DNA from: Candidatus Chisholmbacteria bacterium RIFCSPHIGHO2_01_FULL_52_32 | Lineage (GTDB): Bacteria > Patescibacteriota > Microgenomatia > UBA1400 > Chisholmbacteraceae | Length of the DNA stretch: 64,000 bases | NCBI GenBank assembly: GCA_001816585.1 | Contig: MHCJ01000003.1 | Location: forward strand, 220,228 to 284,227 | Direction of reading: 5' to 3' | Part shown: piece after piece, positions 29,120-37,524 of the stretch | Numbering within the stretch: the first letter of the stretch is position 1 | Layout of the letters: each line of letters starts with the position of its first letter | Notes under the pieces: generated by a model | Database searches by the model: none | What the model saw: only the letters and a program-made list of their open reading frames with translations | What the model was told of the DNA's origin: nothing | Translations under genes and position numbers: made by a program

Positions 29120-31147
29120 TTAGAGGTTACCCACAAGCTTGGCGTTGAAATGGTGCTCGAGGTTTTGTTTGATTTTTCTGCGGAGCGGGGCGACTTCTTC
29201 ATCGGACAAGGACTTATCCGGATGCCGATAAATAACCCTGAAGGTGGCATTTTGCCCAAAGACCTCCCCCAGTTCGACCTTTTCAACGTATCGACTGGTG
29301 TCATAAATTTCCTCTATGACCTCTCCGAGGTAGGTTTTGGTTGGGAGAATGAAGGTCATCTCCTCTTTTACCGGAGGATGCTTGGGTAAGGGTTGATAGG
29401 TCGGGTAGTACCTCGCGACTTTCTGGAGTTTGTCCATATCAATGATGACTGCCGAAACCCGAGGCGCGAGTCCTAACCCACCCAGAATCTCCGGCTTTAC
29501 TTCCCCGATTTCGCCAATCACTTCCTGGTTGGAGATAATGGCGGCTGATCTTAAGGGCTCCAACGTTCGGGCTACACCATCGGTCGGAAGAATTTGGTAT
29601 TCAACGTGCAGCCGCTCAAGGAGAGGCTCCAGTATTGCCTTGGCTTCCGGATATGAACCCACAATGGTGAAGAGGAGCTGGGTTTTCTCCTTGGGAAGTT
29701 TTGTTCCCTCTGTTTTGCGATACACGTTTGCACATTCGAAGATGTTCATTTGTTCAAAGGTGGGATTGCTTTTGATGACTTCTAGATGGGAAGGAATCAG
29801 AGAGCGGCGGAGATACACCTGATCTTCAGAAAGCGGATTTGAAACTTTCAAGTGTTTTTCTAAAGGTTCAGATGAGAGTATTGCCAGAGTCTCACTGACC
29901 AACGAATGGGTGTAGACCTCTATCAGACCCCAGTCTGCACAACTTTGTTTCACGAGCCGCTCAAGGCGAAACGTGTCAAACGGGCGGGTCGCGACAGGGA
30001 TTTCTCCTCCCATCAGAACACTGGGGAGATTATGATACCCGTAGATCCTTGCGATCTCTTCGATCGCGTCCTCGGGAATTGTCAGGTCAAGGGCTCTCCA
30101 GGATGGGGGTGTGATTTGATAGGAGATATTTTGTTTGTCTTTTTTATCGGTTTCCACCGTGCAGCCGAGACTGGTGAGGATCCGCTCGACCTTGGTCGGT
30201 TCGACTACAAGGCCCATATACGCGGTCAGTCGCTCCTGCGGCAAACGGATAGTGTGAATGCGAGGTTTGTTGGGGTATTGATCAACCAGGGAACTACCGA
30301 TTGTAGCCTGACAGTGATCGCGATAGAGCTCAATTGCACGAAGGATCGCATCTTTGCCAAGCTCGGGATCAACGCCTTTTTCATTAAGGATGGCGGCTTG
30401 GCTACGGATCGCAAGTCCCATCGATGCATGGCGGATTTTCTTTTTGTCGATAGACTCAATCCAAAGGAGGATGTTTTTGGTGGTTTCCGTTACGACGGTA
30501 TTTTCAGTTCCCATGATTCCGGGGAGGTCAATGAGTGTTCCTGTCCCGTCGTCGAAGACCACTTCACCGCCCCGTAGTACGTGCTCTTTTCCATCGAGCG
30601 TAACCAGGCGTTCGTCTGTTCTTCCTTCTCGGACAAGGATCGTCTTTGCCGCGAGTCGGTCGTAATCAAATACGTGGATCGGGTGTCCGAGTTCCCACAT
30701 GACATAGTTGGTGATGTCGATAATATTATTAAGCGGCCGTTGCCCGACTTTTGTGAGACGATCTGCGAGCCATGCGGGTGATTTTGTTATGCGGACGCAC
30801 GTAAGTTTTATGGCAAGAATGCGATGGCAGAGTTTCTGATCATTGACGATTTTGATATCGAGGGGTTTTCTGCTTGCGACGGGTGTGAGTGCCATGGGTT
30901 TTAGCCGCGCACTACTTCCGAACTCAGGAAGGATAGCTGCCGCCTCCCGGGCGATACCGCGTACGCTCATGCAATCGACTCGGTTGGTTGTTACTTCGAT
31001 ATCAAAGACGACATCCTTACCTGCGGGAATGGTCTTCTCTACGGATAAGCCACAGAGTGAGAGAGCATCCTTTAACTCCTCCGGTGTTGCCCGAGTGTCC
31101 AAATGCGTTTTCAGCCATTCATGAGGAATGAGAATGTTCATAATCAA
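29120..31147 (-). CDS. pheT: phenylalanine--tRNA ligase beta subunit
   Basis: 675 aa. B1/B3-B4/B5 domain order with ferredoxin-like C-terminus. Shorter than typical bacterial PheT. Confidence 0.85.
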   Translation of the reverse strand: MIMNILIPHEWLKTHLDTRATPEELKDALSLCGLSVEKTIPAGKDVVFDIEVTTNRVDCMSVRGIAREAAAILPEFGSSARLKPMALTPVASRKPLDIKIVNDQKLCHRILAIKLTCVRITKSPAWLADRLTKVGQRPLNNIIDITNYVMWELGHPIHVFDYDRLAAKTILVREGRTDERLVTLDGKEHVLRGGEVVFDDGTGTLIDLPGIMGTENTVVTETTKNILLWIESIDKKKIRHASMGLAIRSQAAILNEKGVDPELGKDAILRAIELYRDHCQATIGSSLVDQYPNKPRIHTIRLPQERLTAYMGLVVEPTKVERILTSLGCTVETDKKDKQNISYQITPPSWRALDLTIPEDAIEEIARIYGYHNLPSVLMGGEIPVATRPFDTFRLERLVKQSCADWGLIEVYTHSLVSETLAILSSEPLEKHLKVSNPLSEDQVYLRRSLIPSHLEVIKSNPTFEQMNIFECANVYRKTEGTKLPKEKTQLLFTIVGSYPEAKAILEPLLERLHVEYQILPTDGVARTLEPLRSAAIISNQEVIGEIGEVKPEILGGLGLAPRVSAVIIDMDKLQKVARYYPTYQPLPKHPPVKEEMTFILPTKTYLGEVIEEIYDTSRYVEKVELGEVFGQNATFRVIYRHPDKSLSDEEVAPLRRKIKQNLEHHFNAKLVGNL

Positions 31148-31164
31148 CAGATATAAACTGATTT

Positions 31165-31569
31165 TTAAGCGGATTTAAACAGATATTTGTTTGGTAATAT
31201 TAATCGTTTGATCTGAAGCTTTGGTTGTCTAAAGTTCGCGAGAAGCCCTACTCTCACTTGTAGTTGATTCATGTAAGAAAGGATTTGATGGTGGTATGTG
31301 CTCAGGGCGATGTCAGTTGTTTTGATTTCAAGAATTACTTTGTCCTCAATAACGAAATCGACTTTGTAGTGACCGATTTTCTGTCCATCAAGCAAAATAT
31401 TTACCGGTTTCTCTTGATTGAACTTGATTCTTTCTCGCGTAAGAAGCCTGGCAATTGCTCGTTGATAGTATTTTTCTTGCAAAAGATTCCCTAACTTATT
31501 CTGCGCTTCGAAAGCAATGCCTATTATCTGATGTGTTAGTTTCTGTTCGATAAGAGTTGACTTGTGCAT
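31165..31569 (-). CDS. GxxExxY-family protein (PD-(D/E)XK-like fold)
   Basis: 134 aa. IIGIAFEAQNKLG ... VDFVIEDKVILEIKTTD ... LLANF is the typical GxxExxY pattern. About 35% GC against ~50% flanks. Sits inside the pheS-pheT operon. Confidence 0.7.
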   Translation of the reverse strand: MHKSTLIEQKLTHQIIGIAFEAQNKLGNLLQEKYYQRAIARLLTRERIKFNQEKPVNILLDGQKIGHYKVDFVIEDKVILEIKTTDIALSTYHHQILSYMNQLQVRVGLLANFRQPKLQIKRLILPNKYLFKSA

Positions 31570-31606
31570 CTGTTTACATCTGCTTTAATCTGTTGCCATC
31601 TGGTGA

Positions 31607-32686
31607 TTAGAATTGTTCAAGGAATTCCAAGTTGTTGCTGTATAAGAGTCTGATGTCGTCGAGTTTCAGACCGGGCTTTAAGCGGTAGGCACGTTCAACT
31701 CCCATCCCGAAGGCAAAACCTGTGTACATCTTCGGGTCGATCCCTCCGGCCTGAAGCACAGCCGGGTGAACCATGCCTGCTCCCCCAACTTCCAGCCAGC
31801 CGCTCTTGCAGAATCGGCAGCGCTCACCTGTATCAAGCTGCCCTTTTCCCTGGCAGATTGTACAGGTAAAATCGACCTCAAAAGAAGGCTCCGTAAATTG
31901 GAAATGAAAGGGGCGAAGCCTTGCGCTTATTTCTTTGCCGTAGAACTCCCGGGCAAAATAGTCAAGTGTTCCCTTTAAGTGTTGGATGGTTATATTTTCG
32001 TCGATGACCAGGATTTCAAACTGATGGAACATGGATGTATGGGTAGCGTCCTGTTGGCGACGATAGCACTTTGCGATATTCAGCATGCGGATGGGAGGTT
32101 TACCGACCCGCTCCATTTCGCGTACCTGTCCATTTGAGGTGTGGGTCGTGAGGACAAGACCGCCATATTTCGGGTGTTTTGGACTTTTGATGAAAAACGT
32201 CTCCCATTCATCGCGAGCGGGGTGGTTTGCGGGCATGTTGAGTGCCGAGAAGACGTAATAATCGTAATCAACCTCCGGGTAGCGGGCACGAACAAAACCG
32301 ATTCGTTCAAAGATTTTCGTGATTTCATCTATGGCCTGGGTAACGGGATGGAGGTGCCCAAGCGGAGGGCGTTTAGCGGGCAGGGTGACATCGATCCAGT
32401 CTTCGGAAGATGCGGGTGGATTTTTTGTTTTTGACTCAAGGGCTTCTTGGACCGCAATCTTTGCATCATTGAGAAGCGTTCCGAATTCCCGTTTCTGACT
32501 TTCGTCTCCTTTCTTGATGTTCCCCACGAATTTGTTGATCTTGCCTTTTCTGCCCAAATAAACAACGCGAAGCCGTTCGAGCTCTGCTTCAGATTTCGCA
32601 TCCTGAATGAGTGCGATGGCTTCGTTTTTGAGGTTTAAGAGTTTTTCCCTTAACTGCTGATTGTCCATTGTCTTTATTGTAATCAA
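31607..32686 (-). CDS. pheS: phenylalanine--tRNA ligase alpha subunit
   Basis: 359 aa. Class II catalytic core motifs (FRPSYFPFTEPSFE-like RPFHFQFTEPSFEVD, GAGMVHP). Confidence 0.9.
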   Translation of the reverse strand: MITIKTMDNQQLREKLLNLKNEAIALIQDAKSEAELERLRVVYLGRKGKINKFVGNIKKGDESQKREFGTLLNDAKIAVQEALESKTKNPPASSEDWIDVTLPAKRPPLGHLHPVTQAIDEITKIFERIGFVRARYPEVDYDYYVFSALNMPANHPARDEWETFFIKSPKHPKYGGLVLTTHTSNGQVREMERVGKPPIRMLNIAKCYRRQQDATHTSMFHQFEILVIDENITIQHLKGTLDYFAREFYGKEISARLRPFHFQFTEPSFEVDFTCTICQGKGQLDTGERCRFCKSGWLEVGGAGMVHPAVLQAGGIDPKMYTGFAFGMGVERAYRLKPGLKLDDIRLLYSNNLEFLEQF

Positions 32687-32780
32687 TTCCTACCCTGAAA
32701 TGAAGACTCCATGCGCACGGAGACTACGGCCTGCCTGCTTATAAAGGCTAACGGATTGTGCGGGGGAAATATTACTTCGG

Positions 32781-33143
32781 TTACTCTTTGGAAGAGCTTC
32801 TTGCTTTGGCTACGATAGCCTGGAATGTTTCCGCATCCCTGACTACGAGGTCGGCGAGCATTTTTCGATTGAGGACAATCTTTGCGACTACAAGGTCGTG
32901 AATGAATGCGGCATACGAATAGCCGTCTTTTTTCAAGCTCAAACCGGCTTGGATACGTTGGATCCAGAGCCGTCTTTGGTCCCTTTTACGCAGGCGTCTC
33001 CCGACATAGGCATATTGGCCGGCATGGAGATCCGCTTCTTTCGCCACCTTGTACAGGCGGTGCTTGGTCATTCGCATGCCGCGAGTTCTTTTCAGGACCT
33101 TGTGATGGCGTCTTCTTCTGGTGATACCGGTTTTGACTCTCAT
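32781..33143 (-). CDS. rplT: 50S ribosomal protein L20
   Basis: MRVKTGITRRRRHHKVLKRTRG...YAYVGRRLRKRDQRRLWIQRI. Confidence 0.9.
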   Translation of the reverse strand: MRVKTGITRRRRHHKVLKRTRGMRMTKHRLYKVAKEADLHAGQYAYVGRRLRKRDQRRLWIQRIQAGLSLKKDGYSYAAFIHDLVVAKIVLNRKMLADLVVRDAETFQAIVAKARSSSKE

Positions 33144-33219
33144 ACAACAAGTTAAAAGTTAAAAATGAAAAGTGAAAAGTTAAAAAGCAAGGTAATAATA
33201 TTTGAATTTTAAATTTGTT

Positions 33220-33414
33220 TTATTGGCCGAGCATTCGCCGGATTTTGATCGCAAGTTTCCCAGTAACTCTGACCGGAACCTTGTAGCGACGGCGCTGTTT
33301 TGATGATTTCTTGCGTCTTAAGTGACGCATCGTTTGGACGCGCCGGAGGACCTTACCGGTTTTGGTGACCTTGAATCGCCTGGCGACCGATTTTCGAATC
33401 TTTACTTTTGGCAT
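33220..33414 (-). CDS. rpmI: 50S ribosomal protein L35
   Basis: MPKVKIRKSVARRFKVTKTGKVLRR. Confidence 0.9.
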   Translation of the reverse strand: MPKVKIRKSVARRFKVTKTGKVLRRVQTMRHLRRKKSSKQRRRYKVPVRVTGKLAIKIRRMLGQ

Positions 33415-33415
33415 G

Positions 33416-33955
33416 TTATGACCTCTTCTTGGCCGGCGAGAGAGTGGTAATGAGAAGCTTTCCCTTCAGCGATGGTTCGCGGTCCATGGTGGCGAGGTCC
33501 TCAAGGCTTTGACAGGCCCTTTTAATCAGCCCTACTCCGAATTCCTTTCGGGTGATTTGGCGACCAACGAATTTTACCACAAGGTTGACCCTGTTCCCTT
33601 CTTCCAGGAACGCCCTGGCTCTTTTCAGGCGAATTTGAAAGTCGTTTTCAGCAATGAATGGGGTGAATCTGATCTCTTTCAAATCCTGACCTTTTGATCC
33701 TTTCTTTTTCGCCAACTGATGTTTGCGACGTTCCTGGTATTTGAATTTGGCAAAATCAATCAGTTTCGCAACCGGAGGCGTTATTTTGGGCGCGACTTCT
33801 ACCAAATCAACGCCTTCCTCTTGAGCAAGCTTCAGGGCCTCACTAATTGGCATCACGCCGAGTTGTTTGCCCTCTTCGTCGACGACACGAACTTCTTTGG
33901 CTCTGATGTACTGGTTGAGCTGGTAGATTCTTCTCAAGGCTTTTCTCATTGGCAC
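33416..33955 (-). CDS. infC: translation initiation factor IF-3
   Basis: IRAKEVRVVDEEGKQLGVMPISEALKLAQEEGVDLVEV and the C-terminal domain. Classic thrS-infC-rpmI-rplT-pheST order. Confidence 0.85.
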   Translation of the reverse strand: MPMRKALRRIYQLNQYIRAKEVRVVDEEGKQLGVMPISEALKLAQEEGVDLVEVAPKITPPVAKLIDFAKFKYQERRKHQLAKKKGSKGQDLKEIRFTPFIAENDFQIRLKRARAFLEEGNRVNLVVKFVGRQITRKEFGVGLIKRACQSLEDLATMDREPSLKGKLLITTLSPAKKRS

Positions 33956-33991
33956 GAATTATATCATGTGATGACCGTTGGCGGAAATCAT

Positions 33992-35752
33992 TTATCGTTT
34001 CTCTGCGATTTGCTTAAGGAGCTTTTTTTCAAGGGTAGCGAGGCTCATTCTGCCGAGATCGGCCTTGCCTCTGGTTCGGACCGAAATGTCTCCTTTAATT
34101 CGCTCGTTATCGCCGACGATGATCATGAAGGGGACTTTGGCAAGTTCCGCATCTCTGATGCGTTTTTGCATCGAGCTTGGGCGATCATCCAGTTCGACAC
34201 GGAGGTGTTTATCGTTGAGTGATGCGGACACCTTTTTGGCATACGAATGGTGGCGGTCGGCAATAGGTATGACAATGACCTGTGTCGGTGATAACCAGAG
34301 AGGAAAGGCTCCGGCGTAATGTTCGATAAGTAAGCCAATGGTACGTTCCAATGATCCCGTCAGGCCGCGGTGGAGAATGACCGGGTGTTTCTCGGAACCA
34401 TCGGCGTCCGTGTAGACGAGACCAAGCTTTTTGGCCATGAAGAGGTCAAGCTGCAAGGTGCTCATCTGCCAAGCCCTTCCGATGGCATCCTTGACCATGA
34501 AGTCAATCTTGGGACCGTAGAAGGAAGCTTCCCCTTTGGCAATTTCATAGGTAAGCCGGCTCTTTTTGACAATTTCCTCAAGTTTCCTGCCTGCTTTTTT
34601 CCACGTCTTCGGATCGGCGATGTATTTGGCGTGGTCGGCAGGGTCATTGAGGGACAGGCGAACCCAGTACTTGTTAAGACCGAAGGCTTTAAACATTGCC
34701 AGCACAAGATTGATGCAAAGTTCGAACTCGGCGTCGATCTGCTCCTCCCGCATGAGGATATGGGAATCGTCGATAGTGAGAGACCTCACCCGGGTTAATC
34801 CACCGAGCTCTCCTGACTTTTCGTACCGATAACAGGTTCCGGGCTCGGAGAGACGGAGCGGCAACTCGCGGTAGCTTCTGGGTCGGGACGCATAGATCAT
34901 GTAGTGGTGGGGACAGTTCATGGGTTTTAACACATAGGTTTCTGACTCGATCCCGAAGGGAGCGTACATTATTTCCCGGTAGTGATCCCAATGGCCGGTA
35001 CGCTTATAGAGATCGCTTTTGGCAATGTGCGGGGTCCAAACTTCCTGGAAACCCGTACGACCTTCAAGCTCCTTTTCGTAGGCGAGGATCTCGTTTCTTA
35101 CAACCGTTCCTTTCGGGGTGAGAAGCGGAAGCCCTTTTCCGATGTCTTCATTGATTACAAACAAGTCGAGCTTCGGACCGAGTTTGCGGTGGTCGCGCTT
35201 CTTGGCTTCCTCGATTTGCCAGAGGTAGCGATCGAGCTCTGGCTTCGTCTCGAACGCAGTCCCGTAAATGCGTGTGAGCATCTTTTGATTTTCGTCACCG
35301 TGCCAATAGGCACCGGCAACCGTGAGAAGTTTGAAGGGACCTATTTCACCCGTTGAGGCAACATGCGGGCCGGCGCAAAGGTCAACGAACTCGCTGCCCG
35401 TCCAGTAGAGTGTGGGGGTTTCTCCTTTTTTCTCTATTTCGTCAAGCCATTCTTGTTTGTAAGGGTTGTGGTTGAAGAGCTCACGGGCTTTTTTCATCGG
35501 ACAGGCTTCTTTTCTGATCGGGAGGTTCTTTTTAATGATATTTTTCATCTCGGCTTCTATATTGGGTAAATCCTGTTCGGAAATCTTGCCAGAGAAATCG
35601 AAATCGAAGTAGAACCCATCCTCTATTGCAGGGCCCATAGCCATCATGAGGCCGGGATAGAGCTTGAGCATGGCTTGTTCGAGCACGTGCTCAGCTGAGT
35701 GACGCATTGCTTGGAGTTTTTGAGATCGGGGGGTTTCTTGACTCTGTTTCAT
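33992..35752 (-). CDS. thrS: threonine--tRNA ligase
   Basis: 586 aa. Class II core plus anticodon-binding domain. Lacks the long N-terminal TGS extension. Confidence 0.9.
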   Translation of the reverse strand: MKQSQETPRSQKLQAMRHSAEHVLEQAMLKLYPGLMMAMGPAIEDGFYFDFDFSGKISEQDLPNIEAEMKNIIKKNLPIRKEACPMKKARELFNHNPYKQEWLDEIEKKGETPTLYWTGSEFVDLCAGPHVASTGEIGPFKLLTVAGAYWHGDENQKMLTRIYGTAFETKPELDRYLWQIEEAKKRDHRKLGPKLDLFVINEDIGKGLPLLTPKGTVVRNEILAYEKELEGRTGFQEVWTPHIAKSDLYKRTGHWDHYREIMYAPFGIESETYVLKPMNCPHHYMIYASRPRSYRELPLRLSEPGTCYRYEKSGELGGLTRVRSLTIDDSHILMREEQIDAEFELCINLVLAMFKAFGLNKYWVRLSLNDPADHAKYIADPKTWKKAGRKLEEIVKKSRLTYEIAKGEASFYGPKIDFMVKDAIGRAWQMSTLQLDLFMAKKLGLVYTDADGSEKHPVILHRGLTGSLERTIGLLIEHYAGAFPLWLSPTQVIVIPIADRHHSYAKKVSASLNDKHLRVELDDRPSSMQKRIRDAELAKVPFMIIVGDNERIKGDISVRTRGKADLGRMSLATLEKKLLKQIAEKR

Positions 35753-35759
35753 AGGTTGA

Positions 35760-36110
35760 CTATGGACGTAACGATTCTGGCTGCGATCCTTTTTCCAGTT
35801 GGAGTTGTTGCAGTTCCTGCAGTACCCCCGGGGTAAGTCCGCCCTGCTGTTCTGATGGGGCGTTAAAAAGCGGCATGGTTGAGATTACGCTTTGGAGGCG
35901 CGGGACGATAATCGTTGACGTTGCGTAGTACAGAACGGCAATGACAATGAGGTAGAGAAAGAGCATACCCAAGGCGTGGGAGAAGCCGGCGAGGAAGTTT
36001 CTGGCAAAAATCGAGGCATACGAAGCGTCATAGATAGTTTGTTTTTCTTTTTGTGAACGAGTATCTTCCTGCATTGTTTTCCTTAAATCTATTGCAACAA
36101 AAAAACCCAC
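35760..36110 (-). CDS. hypothetical small membrane protein
   Basis: 116 aa with one or two TM helices (LGMLFLYLIVIAVLYYA). No family recognised. Confidence 0.35.
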   Translation of the reverse strand: MGFFVAIDLRKTMQEDTRSQKEKQTIYDASYASIFARNFLAGFSHALGMLFLYLIVIAVLYYATSTIIVPRLQSVISTMPLFNAPSEQQGGLTPGVLQELQQLQLEKGSQPESLRP

Positions 36111-36168
36111 TCAGCGCAAGCGGCGCTTGGGGGTCGTTCTCCTCTTCCATATACCATTCCTGGCCTGC

Positions 36169-36244
36169 TGGTGACCGCTGGTGGGCTCGAACCACCGACC
36201 TTCACGATGTCAACGTGACGCTCTGCCGACTGAGCTAAGCGGTC
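36169..36244 (-). tRNA. tRNA-Val (anticodon GAC), CCA encoded
   Basis: Reverse complement folds as GACCGCT/AGCGGTC acceptor, GCTC..GAGC D-stem, TCACG/CGTGA anticodon stem with loop TTGACAT, GGTGG/CCACC T-stem, TTCGAGC T-loop. Confidence 0.85.
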
Positions 36245-36290
36245 TCGATAAGTTTTCCCATCTTGAGGCTACGGATAATGTAAAGGAATC

Positions 36291-36358
36291 CCTGCCTCGA
36301 ACCACCGACCTGTCCGATGGATCGGACCGCTCTAACCAACTGAGCTACGGACCCCCCC
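36291..36358 (-). pseudogene. truncated tRNA-like element
   Basis: Reverse complement begins GGGTCCGTAGCTCAGTTGGTTAGAGCG (good acceptor 5' strand plus D-arm). It continues as a perfect hairpin GTCCGAT-CC-ATCGGAC where the anticodon arm should be, then AGGTCGGTGGTTCGAGG (variable plus T-stem/loop identical to the neighbouring tRNA-Val). No T-stem 3' strand or acceptor 3' strand follows. Confidence 0.4.
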
Positions 36359-36403
36359 AGATAGCGGTATTGTACACAAGCGGAGCTTCTCACGCAAACG
36401 TAT

Positions 36404-36577
36404 CTAGAATGAGCTCGTATGATCTAAATCTGCCTCGAGCTCCCGAAGTCTCTCGGGAGTAAGGACTTGAGAAGGATGTGCTTCGGCATCCACACTTTGG
36501 TCAGTCTCCAATTGTTCACCTTGCAGCGCGGCACCTTCTCCCCTACTTTCATCGTTCTCCACTTCTGGCATAATCAT
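36404..36577 (-). CDS. small acidic hypothetical protein (ORF A, 57 aa)
   Basis: MIMPEVENDESRGEGAALQGEQLETDQSVDAEAHPSQVLTPERLRELEADLDHTSSF. Perfect SD AAAGGAGGTG 9 nt upstream of the ATG. 18 nt downstream of the ORF B stop. Confidence 0.45.
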   Translation of the reverse strand: MIMPEVENDESRGEGAALQGEQLETDQSVDAEAHPSQVLTPERLRELEADLDHTSSF

Positions 36578-36595
36578 AGAGTATTCCACCTCCTT

Positions 36596-36850
36596 TCAGT
36601 AACTATTTTTCTCATCCTCTCCTTTCTCTGCCTGCGTATGCGTATGAAATGAGTTCCTGTACCTCTTCTCGTAGATGTGGATTAGACGCGGTTGTATGTG
36701 AAAGATATTCACCTTCCAAATATTCTTGAGGAGGAAGGGTGGGGGTGGGTGTCCGTTAGGATTCCACCATGCCCCACCCCATTTGCTGTTTTCTCTTATT
36801 GTTTGGTAACTCCGTAATCCACTAATGATTGTTCGTGTTCGTCTTGCCAT
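36596..36850 (-). CDS. small basic hypothetical protein (ORF B, 84 aa)
   Basis: MARRTRTIISGLRSYQTIRENSKWGGAWWNPNGHPPPPFLLKNIW... Preferred ATG at 36850; the track GTG at 36859 lies inside the SD. Perfect SD AAAAGGAGGTGA with 5-nt spacing. Confidence 0.45.
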   Translation of the reverse strand: MARRTRTIISGLRSYQTIRENSKWGGAWWNPNGHPPPPFLLKNIWKVNIFHIQPRLIHIYEKRYRNSFHTHTQAEKGEDEKNSY

Positions 36851-36870
36851 CTTAATCACCTCCTTTTATC

Positions 36871-36900
36871 CCAACAAAAAACCTCCCTTTTTGGGGGAGG
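36871..36900 (-). terminator. intrinsic terminator hairpin immediately upstream of the ORF B SD
   Basis: Minus-strand CCTCCCCCAAAAAGGGAGG followed by TTTTTTGTTGGG, read directly. Confidence 0.6.
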
Positions 36901-36931
36901 TTGGTTTGGCTTTTTTCTGTTAGTTAGTTAG

Positions 36932-37012
36932 TTACGATACACCACCATACCTCCCCTTTGCGAGGCTAAAAAAGAAGACAAAGTACTTGGTATGGTTTGC
37001 TGCCATCGTCAT
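36932..37012 (-). CDS. candidate leader peptide L2 (26 aa, Phe-rich)
   Basis: Starts 2 nt after a TAAAAT -10 box (37015-37020). MTMAANHTKYFVFFFSLAKGRYGGVS. Its last codons overlap GGGGAGG, which is complementary to the terminator 5' arm CCTCCCC. Followed by stops in all three frames (TAACTAACTAACTAA). Confidence 0.35.
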   Translation of the reverse strand: MTMAANHTKYFVFFFSLAKGRYGGVS

Positions 37013-37096
37013 ATATTTTATTCGTTTGTTGTCATGTTAACCACCGGTTGTGGATTGCATTTCTCTGGCCACTGCGAATTCCCGATTCACATAAAT

Positions 37097-37327
37097 CTAG
37101 AGATTTGGGAGTTCCGGTAAGAACCTTGTTAATGCCGCACGCTTCTGACGCAGCGGTTCGGCTAACTGCGCTACCTCCGGCAAGAGGCTGCCTGTATTCG
37201 GATCGCGCGGCAGGGTTCTGAGTGTTTCGTTCAGCTCCTCCCGAAGAACCAGGGCTTCGTTTGGCGATAGAGAATCCGGTAAAGTCACTGAGAATGTCGT
37301 CTGTTGTAGGGTTTCTTGGAATGCCAT
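37097..37327 (-). CDS. small hypothetical protein (ORF C, 76 aa)
   Basis: MAFQETLQQTTFSVTLPDSLSPNEALVLREELNETLRTLPRDPNTGSLLPEVAQLAEPLRQKRAALTRFLPELPNL. Perfect SD AAAAAGGAGGTGA 7 nt upstream of the ATG. Confidence 0.45.
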   Translation of the reverse strand: MAFQETLQQTTFSVTLPDSLSPNEALVLREELNETLRTLPRDPNTGSLLPEVAQLAEPLRQKRAALTRFLPELPNL

Positions 37328-37347
37328 CTGTTTTCACCTCCTTTTTC

Positions 37348-37375
37348 CAACAAAAAACCTCCCTGGTTTGGGAGG
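37348..37375 (-). terminator. intrinsic terminator hairpin immediately upstream of the ORF C SD
   Basis: Minus-strand CCTCCCAAACCAGGGAGG followed by TTTTTTGTTGG. The hairpin plus a T-run also reads as a terminator on the plus strand. Confidence 0.6.
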
Positions 37376-37403
37376 TTTCTATTTTCTTGTTTTGTATTTT
37401 TCC

Positions 37404-37487
37404 TTACACCAACAGACCTCCCAAACCACGTCTGGCCATGATAATGAGGCCGAAAAAGATGCAAGGGTTTGTGGAAGTTCTGTTCAT
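37404..37487 (-). CDS. candidate leader peptide L1 (27 aa)
   Basis: ATG 7 nt after a TAAAAT -10 box. MNRTSTNPCIFFGLIIMARRGLGGLLV. Its 3' end overlaps TTTGGGAGG, which is complementary to the terminator 5' arm CCTCCCAAA. Confidence 0.35.
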   Translation of the reverse strand: MNRTSTNPCIFFGLIIMARRGLGGLLV

Positions 37488-37494
37488 CAGTATG

Positions 37495-37524
37495 ATTTTA
37501 CGATGTGTGTAATAGATGTGTCAA
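37495..37524 (-). promoter_or_regulatory. sigma-70-like promoter TTGACA-18 nt-TAAAAT driving L1 / ORF C
   Basis: Minus-strand TTGACAcatctattacacacatcgTAAAAT, read directly. Confidence 0.55.

Noticed and set aside
29906-30577. 223-aa ORF on the plus strand
   Set aside because: Lies entirely antisense within pheT; no recognisable motifs. The long open frame is an artefact of the GC-rich coding strand opposite.
33719-34222. 167-aa plus-strand ORF
   Set aside because: Antisense to infC / thrS; no support.
36922-36950. 6-codon ORF MVVYRN with perfect SD GGGGAGGT in the +1 frame of leader 2
   Set aside because: Too short to call. The same nucleotides are better explained as the antiterminator / SD-like element at the end of the 26-codon leader ORF.
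36997-37337. Track ORFs 36997..37221 (+, 74 aa) and 37032..37337 (-, 101 aa) in the small-ORF region
   Set aside because: Both overlap ORF C (37097-37327), which is the frame served by the perfect SD and promoter. These alternative frames lack ribosome-binding sites.
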